DNA of 32,000 nucleotides, taken from the NCBI RefSeq assembly GCF_009734345.1, contig NZ_CP032551.1:2370001-2402000 (forward strand), given 5' to 3'. This stretch comes from Pseudidiomarina andamanensis (GTDB lineage Bacteria; Pseudomonadota; Gammaproteobacteria; Enterobacterales; Alteromonadaceae). This document shows, one piece after another, positions 5,950 through 15,812 of the stretch. The position numbers and the translations under genes are program-made. Each line of letters opens with the position of its first letter. Position 1 is the first letter of the stretch. The notes under the pieces were generated by a model. That model was not told where the DNA came from. It made no database searches and saw nothing but the letters and a program-made list of their open reading frames with translations.

Positions 5950-8900
5950 TTTCGCGCACACTTAAACTCACGGCTATCGCACTCGCTGTAGCAACGGCTG
6001 CAACAAGCGCGTACGCTCAAAGCCAAAAACCAACCGTCGCCGTCAAAATCCAAGGCCCAGAAAAGACACCAGAGTTGCAATTCGCAGGCAGCCCACGCCT
6101 AAGTCAGGTGTACGCGAACGCGCAAATTAAACCAGAAGAAATCTTCTGGCCTGGCGTACGCCTTGTAAGCGCAGAAAAACACAACGAGATCATCCAAAAA
6201 CAAAAGCAGCTCACCCAGCAGCTCTACAAACTCGAGCGCTACTTTCAGCAGGAAGAACAACGCAACTACGCGCAGCTCGCCAATCGCATTGCTGGGCAAG
6301 TCGCCAGTTGGCCAGTTGTAGGCGCAGAGCCAATCGGACGTGGTCATGTCGAACAGGGGCCGAAAGGTACCACCCTCGGTGTCGATATCAATAAAAAGAG
6401 TAGCCTCACTAGCTATTACGACGAAGCGCGCCTCAACATCAATGCAAACCCGCAGCTTCCGCAGGGTTCCAAAGAACAGCCGACGCGGTATCAGTTGCTC
6501 ATGCCAACAATCGAAAAACACCAAACCACGCACCTGCAAGTAATTGGCGCCGTGTGGATGCCGTTCACCATGAGCTATCATCCGCATTTCACTGCGCGCG
6601 AAACGGCGCACAAAGAGAACTTCAAACAGCGCCTCGAAGCAATCACACATAAAGACAAAGTGCTACAAGTTAGCGCGCAAGGTGACGTGCAAGAAATAAA
6701 CATTGATCCGTACAACGCCCACAGCCAAAAATTCTCGGCGGGGGCAAAAATCATCGCGTTGTTCAACACCAGCAAACTGCCCAAAGAATTCAAAGACATT
6801 AACAAGCAAATGGCAGAGCTGGCGAAATACTGGAACCCGTTGCAGCCAACGTTAAAAGAAACCAGCCATTTCACCACGCTGGGCAAATACACGCAAAGCG
6901 AGAAAGACCAACAGCCGCCATTATTACTCTTTGGTGAAGCCGACAAAAAACTGCGTCCAACTACCAGCGATTTCGGCAGCATCGGCCTGTTACAAATGCC
7001 AAGCGGCCGCCACGCCGAGCAGGGCGAGTTCAGCTTTACCTATTATGATCAAGACGAGTACAGACGTTGGGCATTAAACTTGCAGCTGTTTCCCTGGTTA
7101 GAAGCAACCATTCGCTACAACGACATTCGTACGCGTCGATACAGCCAAGATGTTAACTTCTCAGGCGACCAGACCTATAAAGACCGTGGCGTCGATTTAA
7201 AATTTCGCCTTACCGAAGAAAGTCGTTGGATACCAGAGACGAGTGTGGGTATTAGAGATGCTGCAGGCACCGGCTTATTCGCTGGCGAGTACGTTGCCGC
7301 GAGCAAACGTTTTGGCAACTTTGATTTTACTGCAGGTTTAGGCTGGGGCTATCTCGGCAAAAACAATAACGTGAACAACCCATTCTGCGAACTAGCCGAC
7401 GAGTTCTGCAGTAGAACGGACGGTTTCAGTGGCCGTGGCGGTAGCTTCGAAGTCGATAAGTGGTTCAAAGGCAACACTGCCTGGTTCGCTGGCTTGGAAT
7501 ACCAAACGCCGTGGGATCCGCTCAGTATCAAAGTTGAATACGACAGCAATAACTACAAAAATGAGCCATCAACCGTCACCATGCCACAAGATTCCCGCTG
7601 GAATTATGGTTTAGAGTATGACCTTGGCAATAACATGAGCATTAAAGCCAGTTACGAGCGTGGCAATACCCTCATGTTTGGCTTCACCATTCGTACTAAC
7701 TTGGCAAACGCATCACAACCGAAAATTGATAGTCATCCGAAGCGCCCACCAGCGCCGCCGCGCCTAAAAACTGTCGAGCAACTCAAGCAAGCAGAAGAAT
7801 TAAACAAACTGCGCATGGCACTCAACACCGAGGCGAGCACTTGGGTGGATGAAATAGCGCTCAGTGAAGATAACCAAACATTGACCTTATACGGTAGCCA
7901 ATATCGCTATCGTGACAGCGAGCTTGGCCTCGAAAAAATGGGACGCGTGTTGGCAACCGAAGTACCTGACACCATTAAAACCTATCAGTTTGTGAATCAG
8001 TCGGGCAGCATCAACTTGGCGCAAAACAACATTGACGCCGAATTATTTAAAGATGCGATAGCGCGTAGAACCATCAACGCAACCACGCAACAGGCCTATA
8101 GCCGCAGTGAAGTAACGGATAAGCCAGGCGAAACACTTTTCAAAGATGAGTTTGAATTTGCCCAGTTGCCAACGGTGAGTGTGAAGCCGTTTTTAGATCA
8201 AAGTTTCGGGGGGCCAGAAAGCTTCTATATGTATCAAGTAGGCCTTGATGCACGTTTGATCTATTCACTCAGCCCGAATACATATATTTATGGCACCGCT
8301 AGTGCGCGTATTGCCGATAACTACGATAAATTCAATTATACAACTGGCGAAGAAACCGGTGCATTGCCGCGAGTACGCACCTATGTTCGCGAATACGTTA
8401 CCAGTAGCGATATATTCTTGCGTGATCTGCAACTGGTGCATCGTCTTCAGTTAGCTGACAGCTGGTTCGCCGGCGCCTACATCGGTTATCAAGAGCAAAT
8501 GTTTGGCGGATTCGGCGGTGAAGTACTTTATCGCGAACTTGATAGTAACTGGGCGGTCGGTTTAGACGTAAACTACGCAAAACAGCGCGATTGGGAAGAC
8601 CACTTCGGCTTCCGTGATTACGACGTGATTACCGGCCACTTAACGGGTTATTGGCGCCCGAGCTTCCTCCCCAATACATTAATTAGCGTCGCGGCAGGCC
8701 AGTTCTTAGCGGGTGATCGCGGAGTGCAGGTATCCGTTGACCACAAATTCGACAGCGGCATTATCGTTGGCGCTTATGCAGCCAAAACCAACGTATCAGC
8801 GCGAGAATATGGTGAGGGTAGCTTTACCAAAGGCTTCTATATCAGCATTCCGTTTGACATACTGCAGTTACGTTATAGCGCTGGCCGTGGTGCCATCAGC

Positions 8901-8996
8901 TGGACGCCACTAACGCGAGACGGCGGACAAATGCTCGGTGGTGGCGTTGGCTTATTCGGCGCAACCGATAAGCGCAGTCCTTACTACGTTGACTAA
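5946..8996 (+). CDS. yjbH: Fusion protein: YjbG/GfcC-like periplasmic domain (about aa 1-330) plus YjbH/GfcD-like outer-membrane beta-barrel (from about aa 339, nt about 6960)
   Basis: 1016 aa with signal peptide MISRTLKLTAIALAVATAATSAYA. The N-terminal part fits the GfcC pattern (V.V......RL......W, NP.LP.G). The C-terminal part starts DFGSIGLLQMPSGR..QLFPWLEATIRYNDIR, the characteristic YjbH N-terminus. It is clearly paralogous to the ORF starting at 30971. The start overlaps the yjbF-like stop (ATGA). Confidence 0.75.
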   Translation: MISRTLKLTAIALAVATAATSAYAQSQKPTVAVKIQGPEKTPELQFAGSPRLSQVYANAQIKPEEIFWPGVRLVSAEKHNEIIQKQKQLTQQLYKLERYFQQEEQRNYAQLANRIAGQVASWPVVGAEPIGRGHVEQGPKGTTLGVDINKKSSLTSYYDEARLNINANPQLPQGSKEQPTRYQLLMPTIEKHQTTHLQVIGAVWMPFTMSYHPHFTARETAHKENFKQRLEAITHKDKVLQVSAQGDVQEINIDPYNAHSQKFSAGAKIIALFNTSKLPKEFKDINKQMAELAKYWNPLQPTLKETSHFTTLGKYTQSEKDQQPPLLLFGEADKKLRPTTSDFGSIGLLQMPSGRHAEQGEFSFTYYDQDEYRRWALNLQLFPWLEATIRYNDIRTRRYSQDVNFSGDQTYKDRGVDLKFRLTEESRWIPETSVGIRDAAGTGLFAGEYVAASKRFGNFDFTAGLGWGYLGKNNNVNNPFCELADEFCSRTDGFSGRGGSFEVDKWFKGNTAWFAGLEYQTPWDPLSIKVEYDSNNYKNEPSTVTMPQDSRWNYGLEYDLGNNMSIKASYERGNTLMFGFTIRTNLANASQPKIDSHPKRPPAPPRLKTVEQLKQAEELNKLRMALNTEASTWVDEIALSEDNQTLTLYGSQYRYRDSELGLEKMGRVLATEVPDTIKTYQFVNQSGSINLAQNNIDAELFKDAIARRTINATTQQAYSRSEVTDKPGETLFKDEFEFAQLPTVSVKPFLDQSFGGPESFYMYQVGLDARLIYSLSPNTYIYGTASARIADNYDKFNYTTGEETGALPRVRTYVREYVTSSDIFLRDLQLVHRLQLADSWFAGAYIGYQEQMFGGFGGEVLYRELDSNWAVGLDVNYAKQRDWEDHFGFRDYDVITGHLTGYWRPSFLPNTLISVAAGQFLAGDRGVQVSVDHKFDSGIIVGAYAAKTNVSAREYGEGSFTKGFYISIPFDILQLRYSAGRGAISWTPLTRDGGQMLGGGVGLFGATDKRSPYYVD

Positions 8997-9022
8997 GAAC
9001 CGTTGATTAAGAGGGAATTTAA

Positions 9023-10189
9023 ATGGCAAAAGTAGTTGTCGCCGGCACCGGATACGTCGGCCTGTCAAATGCCGTGTTACTTGCACAGCACAACCAAGTG
9101 CATGCGCTCGATATTGTGCAAGAAAAAGTTGACCTGATTAACGCAGGTAAAAGCCCTATTGAAGATAAAGAAATCAGCGCGTTTTTAGCCGAAAAAGAAC
9201 TGAATTTATCCGCGACAACTGACCCAAGTGTTTACGCGGAAGCCGAGTGGGTAATTATAGCAACGCCAACCGATTACGATGCACAAACCAATTACTTCAA
9301 CACGCGCTCGGTTGAAGCCGTGATTGAAACCGTACTAAAGCATAATCCGCAAGCAGTGATGGTGATTAAGTCGACCATCCCGGTGGGTTATACCAACGAG
9401 TTAAAAGCGAAATTTAAAACCGACAATATTATCTTTTCGCCCGAGTTTTTGCGTGAAGGTAAAGCATTACACGATAACCTGTACCCATCACGCATTATTG
9501 TGGGTGAGCGCTCACCACGCGCTGAAGTATTTGCAACGATGCTGAAGCAAGGCGCGATAAAACAAGACGTACCGGTATTATTCACCGATGCCACTGAAGC
9601 TGAAGCGATTAAATTATTCGCAAATACCTTCTTAGCGATGCGCGTGGCATACTTTAATGAGTTAGACACCTATTCAGCAGTGCATGGCTTAGATAGCCGC
9701 CAAGTGATTGAAGGCGTATGCTTAGATCCGCGAATTGGCAACCATTACAATAACCCGAGTTTCGGCTATGGTGGTTACTGTTTACCGAAAGACACCAAGC
9801 AGTTGTTGGCAAACTACGATGAAGTGCCACAGAATATGATTCGCGCGGTGGTGGATGCTAATCGCACGCGCAAAGATTTTATTGCCGAAGATATTCTGCG
9901 CCGTAACCCGAAAGTTGTTGGCGTTTACCGCTTAGTGATGAAGCAGGGTTCAGATAACTTCCGTGCTTCGGCAGTGCAGGGCGTCATGAAACGCTTGAAG
10001 GCCAAAGGTATTGAAGTAGTAGTATATGAACCCGTACTAAAAGAAGAATCATTTTTTAACTCACGTGTGATTCGTGACTTAGAAGAGTTTAAGCGAGTGA
10101 GCGATGTGATAGTAAGCAATCGCCACCAAGACGTGCTTAGCGATGTCGCGGATAAAGTGTACACGCGTGATTTGTTTGGTAGTGACTAA
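9023..10189 (+). CDS. ugd: UDP-glucose 6-dehydrogenase
   Basis: 388 aa with N-terminus [18 protein letters not shown] (Rossmann GxGxxG) and the catalytic-Cys motif [12 protein letters not shown]. Length is typical of Ugd. Confidence 0.92.
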   Translation: MAKVVVAGTGYVGLSNAVLLAQHNQVHALDIVQEKVDLINAGKSPIEDKEISAFLAEKELNLSATTDPSVYAEAEWVIIATPTDYDAQTNYFNTRSVEAVIETVLKHNPQAVMVIKSTIPVGYTNELKAKFKTDNIIFSPEFLREGKALHDNLYPSRIIVGERSPRAEVFATMLKQGAIKQDVPVLFTDATEAEAIKLFANTFLAMRVAYFNELDTYSAVHGLDSRQVIEGVCLDPRIGNHYNNPSFGYGGYCLPKDTKQLLANYDEVPQNMIRAVVDANRTRKDFIAEDILRRNPKVVGVYRLVMKQGSDNFRASAVQGVMKRLKAKGIEVVVYEPVLKEESFFNSRVIRDLEEFKRVSDVIVSNRHQDVLSDVADKVYTRDLFGSD

Positions 10190-10203
10190 GCCATTATAAA
10201 AAT

Positions 10204-10229
10204 CAGCAAGCTTAAGATTAAGCTTGCTG
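10204..10229. terminator. Bidirectional hairpin between convergent ugd and the GT4 gene
   Basis: CAGCAAGCTTAA-GA-TTAAGCTTGCTG is a perfect 12-bp stem. On the minus strand it is followed by TTTTTAT. Its right arm overlaps the last codons and stop of the GT4 gene. Confidence 0.65.
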
Positions 10230-11318
10230 TTCCACCTGTTCTATAATCAGTATTAGTTGATCTATTTTAATTTTAACGTCAAAATTTTCTTGAGCGTAAC
10301 GTATAGAACTTTCTCGCAAACTAGCGCGAAGCTCCGGACTATCAATTAATTTTTTAATATTTCTAACGATACTGTCGATGTCCTTGAAGCTTGAAACGTA
10401 ACCGTTTACACCATTTTCAACAGCATCTTGGCAACCGGGAACATTATAGGTCAATGTCGGTATTCCCATGGCGCTTGCTTCCATAACACATACAGGGAAA
10501 CCCTCGCGTACCGAAGGTAATAACAACACATCAGAATCGGTATATAATTCTTCGATATTTTGAACGAATCCCAGAAATTCGATGTGCTCCCCGAACTTTT
10601 GCTTGATACATTCAATATCGTTGTGGGTAAGAGAGGAAGGATTATTGGGATAATAATCTCCAATAACCTTTAATTTCACATTCAGTCCCAGCGAGAGGCA
10701 CTTTTCTAGTACCGCGAAAGAATCTTTGATTCCTTTATCTTCAATTAGACGACCGACATAAACAAGAGTTAAACCGTTATGAGGTACAATCTGTTGACTT
10801 TGGAACCGCTCCAAGCTTATTCCAATACCATTTGTGACTATATCAGATGGTTGACCAATTTGATTTCGCTCGTCCGAATTACAGAAAACTCTCGCTTCAG
10901 TAAAACGTTTTATTAGCGTTCGGAGAATTGTCTTAGCAAATGTCCGTTTTGTAAAAAAACTACCTAATCCTTCAACCGATAACAATAGACGCTTATTAAA
11001 TAGTGCCAATGTTGGAAGCGAGAAAATAAATGTAGTTAGAAAGAAACAAAGATAGGTTGTGTTTCTGCGTCTCAATCTGAATTTTGTAATTGTCCAATTA
11101 AAGTCGAGAACGCTCCACAGCAGACCAATCCCCTTATTGAATTTTCTAACTGCAACGATCTTGCATCCCATATTTTGCAAGGCTTGCTGTGACTTAATAC
11201 AGTCTGCTGGAGCTATAACATATACGCGCCTGCCATCGGCAATAAATCGAGCAATGTATTCCTTTCGGAAGATATAGGTTGTTCTAATTGAGTTTTGAAC
11301 TATACAAATATCGTTCAT
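10218..11318 (-). CDS. Glycosyltransferase, GT4 (GT-B fold) family
   Basis: 366 aa with a C-terminal E-x7-E-type motif (REGFPVCVMEASAMGIPT). Polysaccharide-locus context supports the call. Confidence 0.8.
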   Translation of the reverse strand: MNDICIVQNSIRTTYIFRKEYIARFIADGRRVYVIAPADCIKSQQALQNMGCKIVAVRKFNKGIGLLWSVLDFNWTITKFRLRRRNTTYLCFFLTTFIFSLPTLALFNKRLLLSVEGLGSFFTKRTFAKTILRTLIKRFTEARVFCNSDERNQIGQPSDIVTNGIGISLERFQSQQIVPHNGLTLVYVGRLIEDKGIKDSFAVLEKCLSLGLNVKLKVIGDYYPNNPSSLTHNDIECIKQKFGEHIEFLGFVQNIEELYTDSDVLLLPSVREGFPVCVMEASAMGIPTLTYNVPGCQDAVENGVNGYVSSFKDIDSIVRNIKKLIDSPELRASLRESSIRYAQENFDVKIKIDQLILIIEQVEQQA

Positions 11319-12196
11319 GAAATTACTCGTTTAACGGTGTAGTAAAGTGTTTTCGAGAGAAAGCTAAAGGAGACAAGACCTCTGTTGCAGGCCGCTTTAT
11401 ACCATTCGCTAAAAACGCCTGCTTGAATGCTTGGACCGAGAAGTTGAACAATCATGAAGTTCTCACGTATCTTCCTATTTTCCGTTAATAAATACCTGTC
11501 GAAAAAATGAAGCGACTTCTCAAGTGACCAGTTATGTTTAATTTTGGCGATCTTGCCCGATTTGACATAATCAACTAGCACATCATCGACAAACCTCAAT
11601 TTGAGTCCGGATGCTTCGGCGTTAATTATGAATTGATAATCTTGATGTCGTGGCAAAGAGCTATCGAAACCGCCAATACGAAGAAAATCTTCTTGTCGCA
11701 TCATTAGTGTTGAGGTTTGGAACGCTAAGTTGTGAAATAATGAGCCAAATAAGTTCTCACAAAACGTTTTTGTAACATCAAATTCACTTGCAACTCTAAG
11801 AGCGGTTACTCGATCCGATGCAACAGCACGTACTCGACAGCTAACGATGCTGGATAATTCAAGAGCATTTAACTGCTTTTCCAGTTTTTGAGGGTACCAA
11901 TAATCATCAGCATCTAAAAAACACAAGACATCTCCGGAAGCATTTCGAGCACCGATATTACGACTATCGGCAGCATTAGTATTCTCATGCTTTTCGATAA
12001 GCTTAATTTCCGATAGGTTAAAACTTTGGAGAATCTGATGTAGATCAACAACATCTTTAGAACCATCGTCAACAATAATAATTTCGAATGGTTTAATTGT
12101 TTGTGACATTAAGCATTCAACTGCATGTTTGATGGTTTTTGATGCATTATATGTGGGTATTACGACGCTAACTTTCATCTTTCTTTTCGTTACCAT
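11315..12196 (-). CDS. Glycosyltransferase family 2
   Basis: It contains VSVVIPTYNASKTI...EIIIVDDGSKD and a DADD motif. The internal ATG at 12178 (MKVSVVIPTYN) is a plausible alternative start. Confidence 0.8.
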   Translation of the reverse strand: MVTKRKMKVSVVIPTYNASKTIKHAVECLMSQTIKPFEIIIVDDGSKDVVDLHQILQSFNLSEIKLIEKHENTNAADSRNIGARNASGDVLCFLDADDYWYPQKLEKQLNALELSSIVSCRVRAVASDRVTALRVASEFDVTKTFCENLFGSLFHNLAFQTSTLMMRQEDFLRIGGFDSSLPRHQDYQFIINAEASGLKLRFVDDVLVDYVKSGKIAKIKHNWSLEKSLHFFDRYLLTENRKIRENFMIVQLLGPSIQAGVFSEWYKAACNRGLVSFSFLSKTLYYTVKRVIS

Positions 12197-13403
12197 AAGA
12201 GTAAGAAGGATTTCGTAATAAAATATCCAAAATTATAAATACCAAAAAGAAGTAAATATATTTATATTTGCTCCCAATGTAATAAGAATAAAAAAACATT
12301 AGATACGAAATTAATATGTAGGACTTCAAATATAAGAGAGTAATTGAAGATTTTCTAATTGATATATATATCGTATTAAATAACGTGTAGAAAATTACGA
12401 ACCCAAAGATAGACAGCGATGCTAAAACAGTGGCAGCACCGGTAATCATATTGTATTTATCGTTTAAAATGAAGCCCATAGAGAGTCTATGTTCAGCATA
12501 GGCACTACCCAAATAACCGAGAAATATATCGGTCGATAGAGTCATTGGAAATACGTTGCTTTCTAATTGATAGAAAAGATTATAATAATTGGGTATCAAA
12601 TAATTCAAGAACGCAAGAACAAGCTCTAGCCCCTCGCTGTTAGAACCCCTGACGAAGAGAGAGAAGAGGGTAAAGAAAGTTAAAAAGAAAAACACAACAA
12701 AATAAAACAGGCTGCGAATTTTTTTGAATCCAACCAACGCTATATAAAACGTCAGAGGGAAAAATAAAGCATCAAAAACCGTATACTTTATTCCGTGAAA
12801 TGCAGATATCAATACTAATCCAATCGCAATTAAATGGTCAAAGAATTTATTATTTCCAATGTAAAATCGTAATGCATACATTATCAAGGCAGGAACATGT
12901 AAAAAGTACAAATAATTAATGTACCAATATTGGCCGAATAAAACTTCATACTTTCGTGGTGCAGTAAACATCATCGATACCGAAAAACCCACGCGATTGA
13001 AATTTAGAAGAAATGCGGTGAAGGCTAGGCCTGACAACAAATAGAAAAACAACTTAATTTTTGCATGCGAATAAGTATTTACGAGAGATAAGTCTAATCT
13101 ATTTCTGCCAACAATTTCTCCTCTCGACTCAACGATGTATCGAGTTAGTAAAAAGGCAAGCGAATAAGAGAGACTAATAATTGTCAACCAAAACCAAGAA
13201 CGCCATGTTAAAGTAAATGAATCTAGAGTTAGCCACCCCTTTTCAGCCCCGATTCCAGCTAGAAAATGTACTGGAAACAATCCTAGAAAGAAAATAAATG
13301 GGGCTGAGAATATAAAGAGAACTTTCCCTTCTGAAGGGTCCGCCCACAAAGCTACTATCAAACTTGATAACGTAACCAGGAGGAATAGCCATGCTTCAAA
13401 CAT
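12168..13403 (-). CDS. wzy: Oligosaccharide repeat-unit polymerase (Wzy-like), multi-pass membrane protein
   Basis: 411 aa, strongly hydrophobic with about 10 or more predicted TM stretches. GC is extremely low (23% in a hand-counted sample, 12241-12340). It is located between wzz and GT genes. No diagnostic motif exists for this family, so the call rests on context. Confidence 0.55.
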   Translation of the reverse strand: MFEAWLFLLVTLSSLIVALWADPSEGKVLFIFSAPFIFFLGLFPVHFLAGIGAEKGWLTLDSFTLTWRSWFWLTIISLSYSLAFLLTRYIVESRGEIVGRNRLDLSLVNTYSHAKIKLFFYLLSGLAFTAFLLNFNRVGFSVSMMFTAPRKYEVLFGQYWYINYLYFLHVPALIMYALRFYIGNNKFFDHLIAIGLVLISAFHGIKYTVFDALFFPLTFYIALVGFKKIRSLFYFVVFFFLTFFTLFSLFVRGSNSEGLELVLAFLNYLIPNYYNLFYQLESNVFPMTLSTDIFLGYLGSAYAEHRLSMGFILNDKYNMITGAATVLASLSIFGFVIFYTLFNTIYISIRKSSITLLYLKSYILISYLMFFYSYYIGSKYKYIYFFLVFIILDILLRNPSYSYGNEKKDES

Positions 13404-13420
13404 AATTGTTAATTACTCAA

Positions 13421-14359
13421 CTATTTTCTTGATGGAATTAAAAGATGCTTGAAAACAATTATAAATACGGAAACAAAACCACCCAAAAATGCTCCGAAAA
13501 TTATAATTAGAATTCTATTGGGTGAGTCCTTTCCCTCTGGCACAATAGCAGGGTCAATTATCGTTAGTACGTAGTCAGGTCGAACATTTGCGAACATTCT
13601 GGTTCTTGTTTGCTGCTCAATTAGATTGTAGAAAACACTCTGCATTTCTGTTAACGAGCTCTCTGCAATTTCATTTTGAAGGTACTCAATGCTGCGATTT
13701 GCTTCTTGGACATCCCTTTCTCGCATGTAATCATTGATGTCTCTTATCAGAGAGGTTACCCATTGGTGGGCTACAATTGGAGAAATGTGAGTTACAGCAA
13801 TATCAATAAGTCCGGTTTCAGGATTTTTTGTGATCTCAATTCTTTCTCGTAATTTTGGAATATAGCTCCAACTTGAAGGTGCTAGGGATTGACTGTTTTT
13901 CTCATTTGTTGCCCATTTCCGTTTGTTTGAGTCGAAAATTTCACGGTTGTATACCAACTGTTCTGTCTGTGGATTCCAGCTCTCGACAGCCATTAGCTCG
14001 GGAAGGATATCGTGTTTTTCTACAAACTCTTTTAAGAATTTGCGCGATGTAAGAGTTTCGATAGCAATTGTTATTTCGTCTATTTTTTTTGTTCCCAAGT
14101 TCAGTCCTGTAAGCGAAACAACACTTGAAATTGGAGATGCTATATTCGACAGCGAATTTGAATCGCCTGACTCTGCAGGAGCAACAATTGCCCCTGACTT
14201 ATAGATATTTGGCTGTGAAAATGCATAAATCCCAAATCCAAGAGCAAAAACAAAAACGGAAACGCTCAGGAATACCCAGTTTTTACGCAATACTAATAAA
14301 ATTTCGAGCAATGAAAATCCGGAGTACTGGTCTTGGCTATGATTTATATTCATGTTCAC
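13421..14359 (-). CDS. wzz: Polysaccharide chain-length determinant (Wzz, PCP-1 type)
   Basis: 312 aa with an N-terminal TM after LLEILLVLRKNW, a long coiled periplasmic region, a Pro-rich segment (DPAIVPEGKDSPNR) and a C-terminal TM. There is no kinase domain. Confidence 0.75.
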   Translation of the reverse strand: MNMNINHSQDQYSGFSLLEILLVLRKNWVFLSVSVFVFALGFGIYAFSQPNIYKSGAIVAPAESGDSNSLSNIASPISSVVSLTGLNLGTKKIDEITIAIETLTSRKFLKEFVEKHDILPELMAVESWNPQTEQLVYNREIFDSNKRKWATNEKNSQSLAPSSWSYIPKLRERIEITKNPETGLIDIAVTHISPIVAHQWVTSLIRDINDYMRERDVQEANRSIEYLQNEIAESSLTEMQSVFYNLIEQQTRTRMFANVRPDYVLTIIDPAIVPEGKDSPNRILIIIFGAFLGGFVSVFIIVFKHLLIPSRK

Positions 14360-14718
14360 AATGTCTCGAAGGTGTCGTTTAGAACTTGGGATATGTCAAA
14401 ATTCATATCCATCCATCAAATTGAGGTTAGCAAATGCGCAACATTTATTTGATTAATTTAGCTTCGATGTCATCTATCGTGTGCTAAGGAGCATTGATTC
14501 TACCAGTGCTAAACTGCACGTCAATGCAAAGGTAGACTATAGTTAATTTAGTATAAAACAGTCGGTGAAGTGTAAAAGTGGGCGATATTGTTAATTTGTT
14601 GCTTCAACACACTGTGGCTTTCAGATAGAATTTATCAAGCTTAACAATTCGATTACTTAAGCTCACCACTCATATTGTGAAGAATCTCAGATTGAATTCG
14701 GGAGTTAGACTGTAAGGT

Positions 14719-15780
14719 ATGTCAATAATTTTACCTATCGTAGCATTACTGGGTACAGCGATAGCGCTGCGGATTATGCATCCAGTTGCAGAATTCATGG
14801 AGCTTTTTGATAAACCATGCAATCGAAAACAGCATAACGGGGCTGTACCTCTAATAGGCGGCGTGGCTGTATTTTTCGGTCTAGCAATTTCTTTGATGGT
14901 ATCGTCGGAGCTAGAACTTCATAGTCGACTGTTTCTAATCAGCGCCGCGATGATGGTATTTATCGGTATGCTAGATGATAAATATGATTTGAGTGTGAGG
15001 TTGCGTCTGGTAGGACAAGTTATCGCTGCAAGTGTGATTATATTCGGTGGTGATCTATATATTTCTAACTTAGGTAACTTACTCGGTTTCGGAAGTGTTG
15101 AATTGGGGTTGGGCGGGGTTCTATTTACCTATCTAGCAATTTTAGCAGCAATGAACGCTTACAACATGATAGATGGTATCGACGGCCTGTTAGGGGCAAT
15201 GGGTATGATTTCCTTCTTTACGCTTGGAGTGATTGCAGCCTTAAATGGGTTAGAAGAAGTACAGTTAATAGCACTTCTTGCGGGCTGTGCGTTAATTCCC
15301 TTTATGTTGTGTAATTTATCTCTATATCCTCGTTATCGCAAAATTTTTATGGGTGATGCCGGCTCAATGTTTGTCGGGTTAGCAATCGTTTGGTTGTTGA
15401 CTATGTCCACACAACCACGTTTCTCGGGTGGAGAACTAATTAGTCCAGTTACCTCATTGTGGTTGGTTGCAATTCCGATAATGGACATGGTTACAATCAT
15501 GTTCCGTCGAATGAAAAACGGTAAAAATCCAACGTCGCCAGACAGAGATCATATTCATCACTTTTATCTAAGAGCTGGATTTACTAGTCAGCAAACATTA
15601 GTCATTCTTTCAAGCCAGGCGCTAATTCTGGCTCTTTTGGGATTGGTTCTGAACCAATTTCAGACCCCAGAATGGGTGTCATTACTCTTGTTCTTAGGCG
15701 CATATGCGGTATATTGTCGTCAGTTTAAGATGTTAAAACGCAAAGCCCGCGCATTAAGCGAAGCTCAACTAGAAAAATAA
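14719..15780 (+). CDS. wecA: Undecaprenyl-phosphate alpha-N-acetylhexosaminyl 1-phosphate transferase (WecA/MraY family)
   Basis: 353 aa polytopic protein with motifs MLDDKYDL, NAYNMIDGIDGL, FMGDAGS and PDRDHIHH, matching WecA. Confidence 0.88.
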   Translation: MSIILPIVALLGTAIALRIMHPVAEFMELFDKPCNRKQHNGAVPLIGGVAVFFGLAISLMVSSELELHSRLFLISAAMMVFIGMLDDKYDLSVRLRLVGQVIAASVIIFGGDLYISNLGNLLGFGSVELGLGGVLFTYLAILAAMNAYNMIDGIDGLLGAMGMISFFTLGVIAALNGLEEVQLIALLAGCALIPFMLCNLSLYPRYRKIFMGDAGSMFVGLAIVWLLTMSTQPRFSGGELISPVTSLWLVAIPIMDMVTIMFRRMKNGKNPTSPDRDHIHHFYLRAGFTSQQTLVILSSQALILALLGLVLNQFQTPEWVSLLLFLGAYAVYCRQFKMLKRKARALSEAQLEK

Positions 15781-15812
15781 TCGCAGTACAAACATATAGG
15801 AAGGAGACGGTA

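Noticed and set aside
7437-7448. GGCGGTAGCTTC, which shares the 8-nt ops core, inside the yjbG-H fusion gene.
   Set aside because: It lies deep inside a coding region (GRGGSFE), lacks the TG at positions 11-12, and has no JUMPStart context. An 8-mer match is expected by chance at about this frequency in 32 kb.
14454-14600. Three copies of TTAATTT(A/G) (14454, 14544, 14591) in the AT-rich wzz/wecA divergent promoter region. They were considered as possible regulator-binding repeats.
   Set aside because: Short AT-rich words recur by chance in a very AT-rich 360-bp spacer. I could not define convincing -35/-10 hexamers or a dyad, so no site is called.
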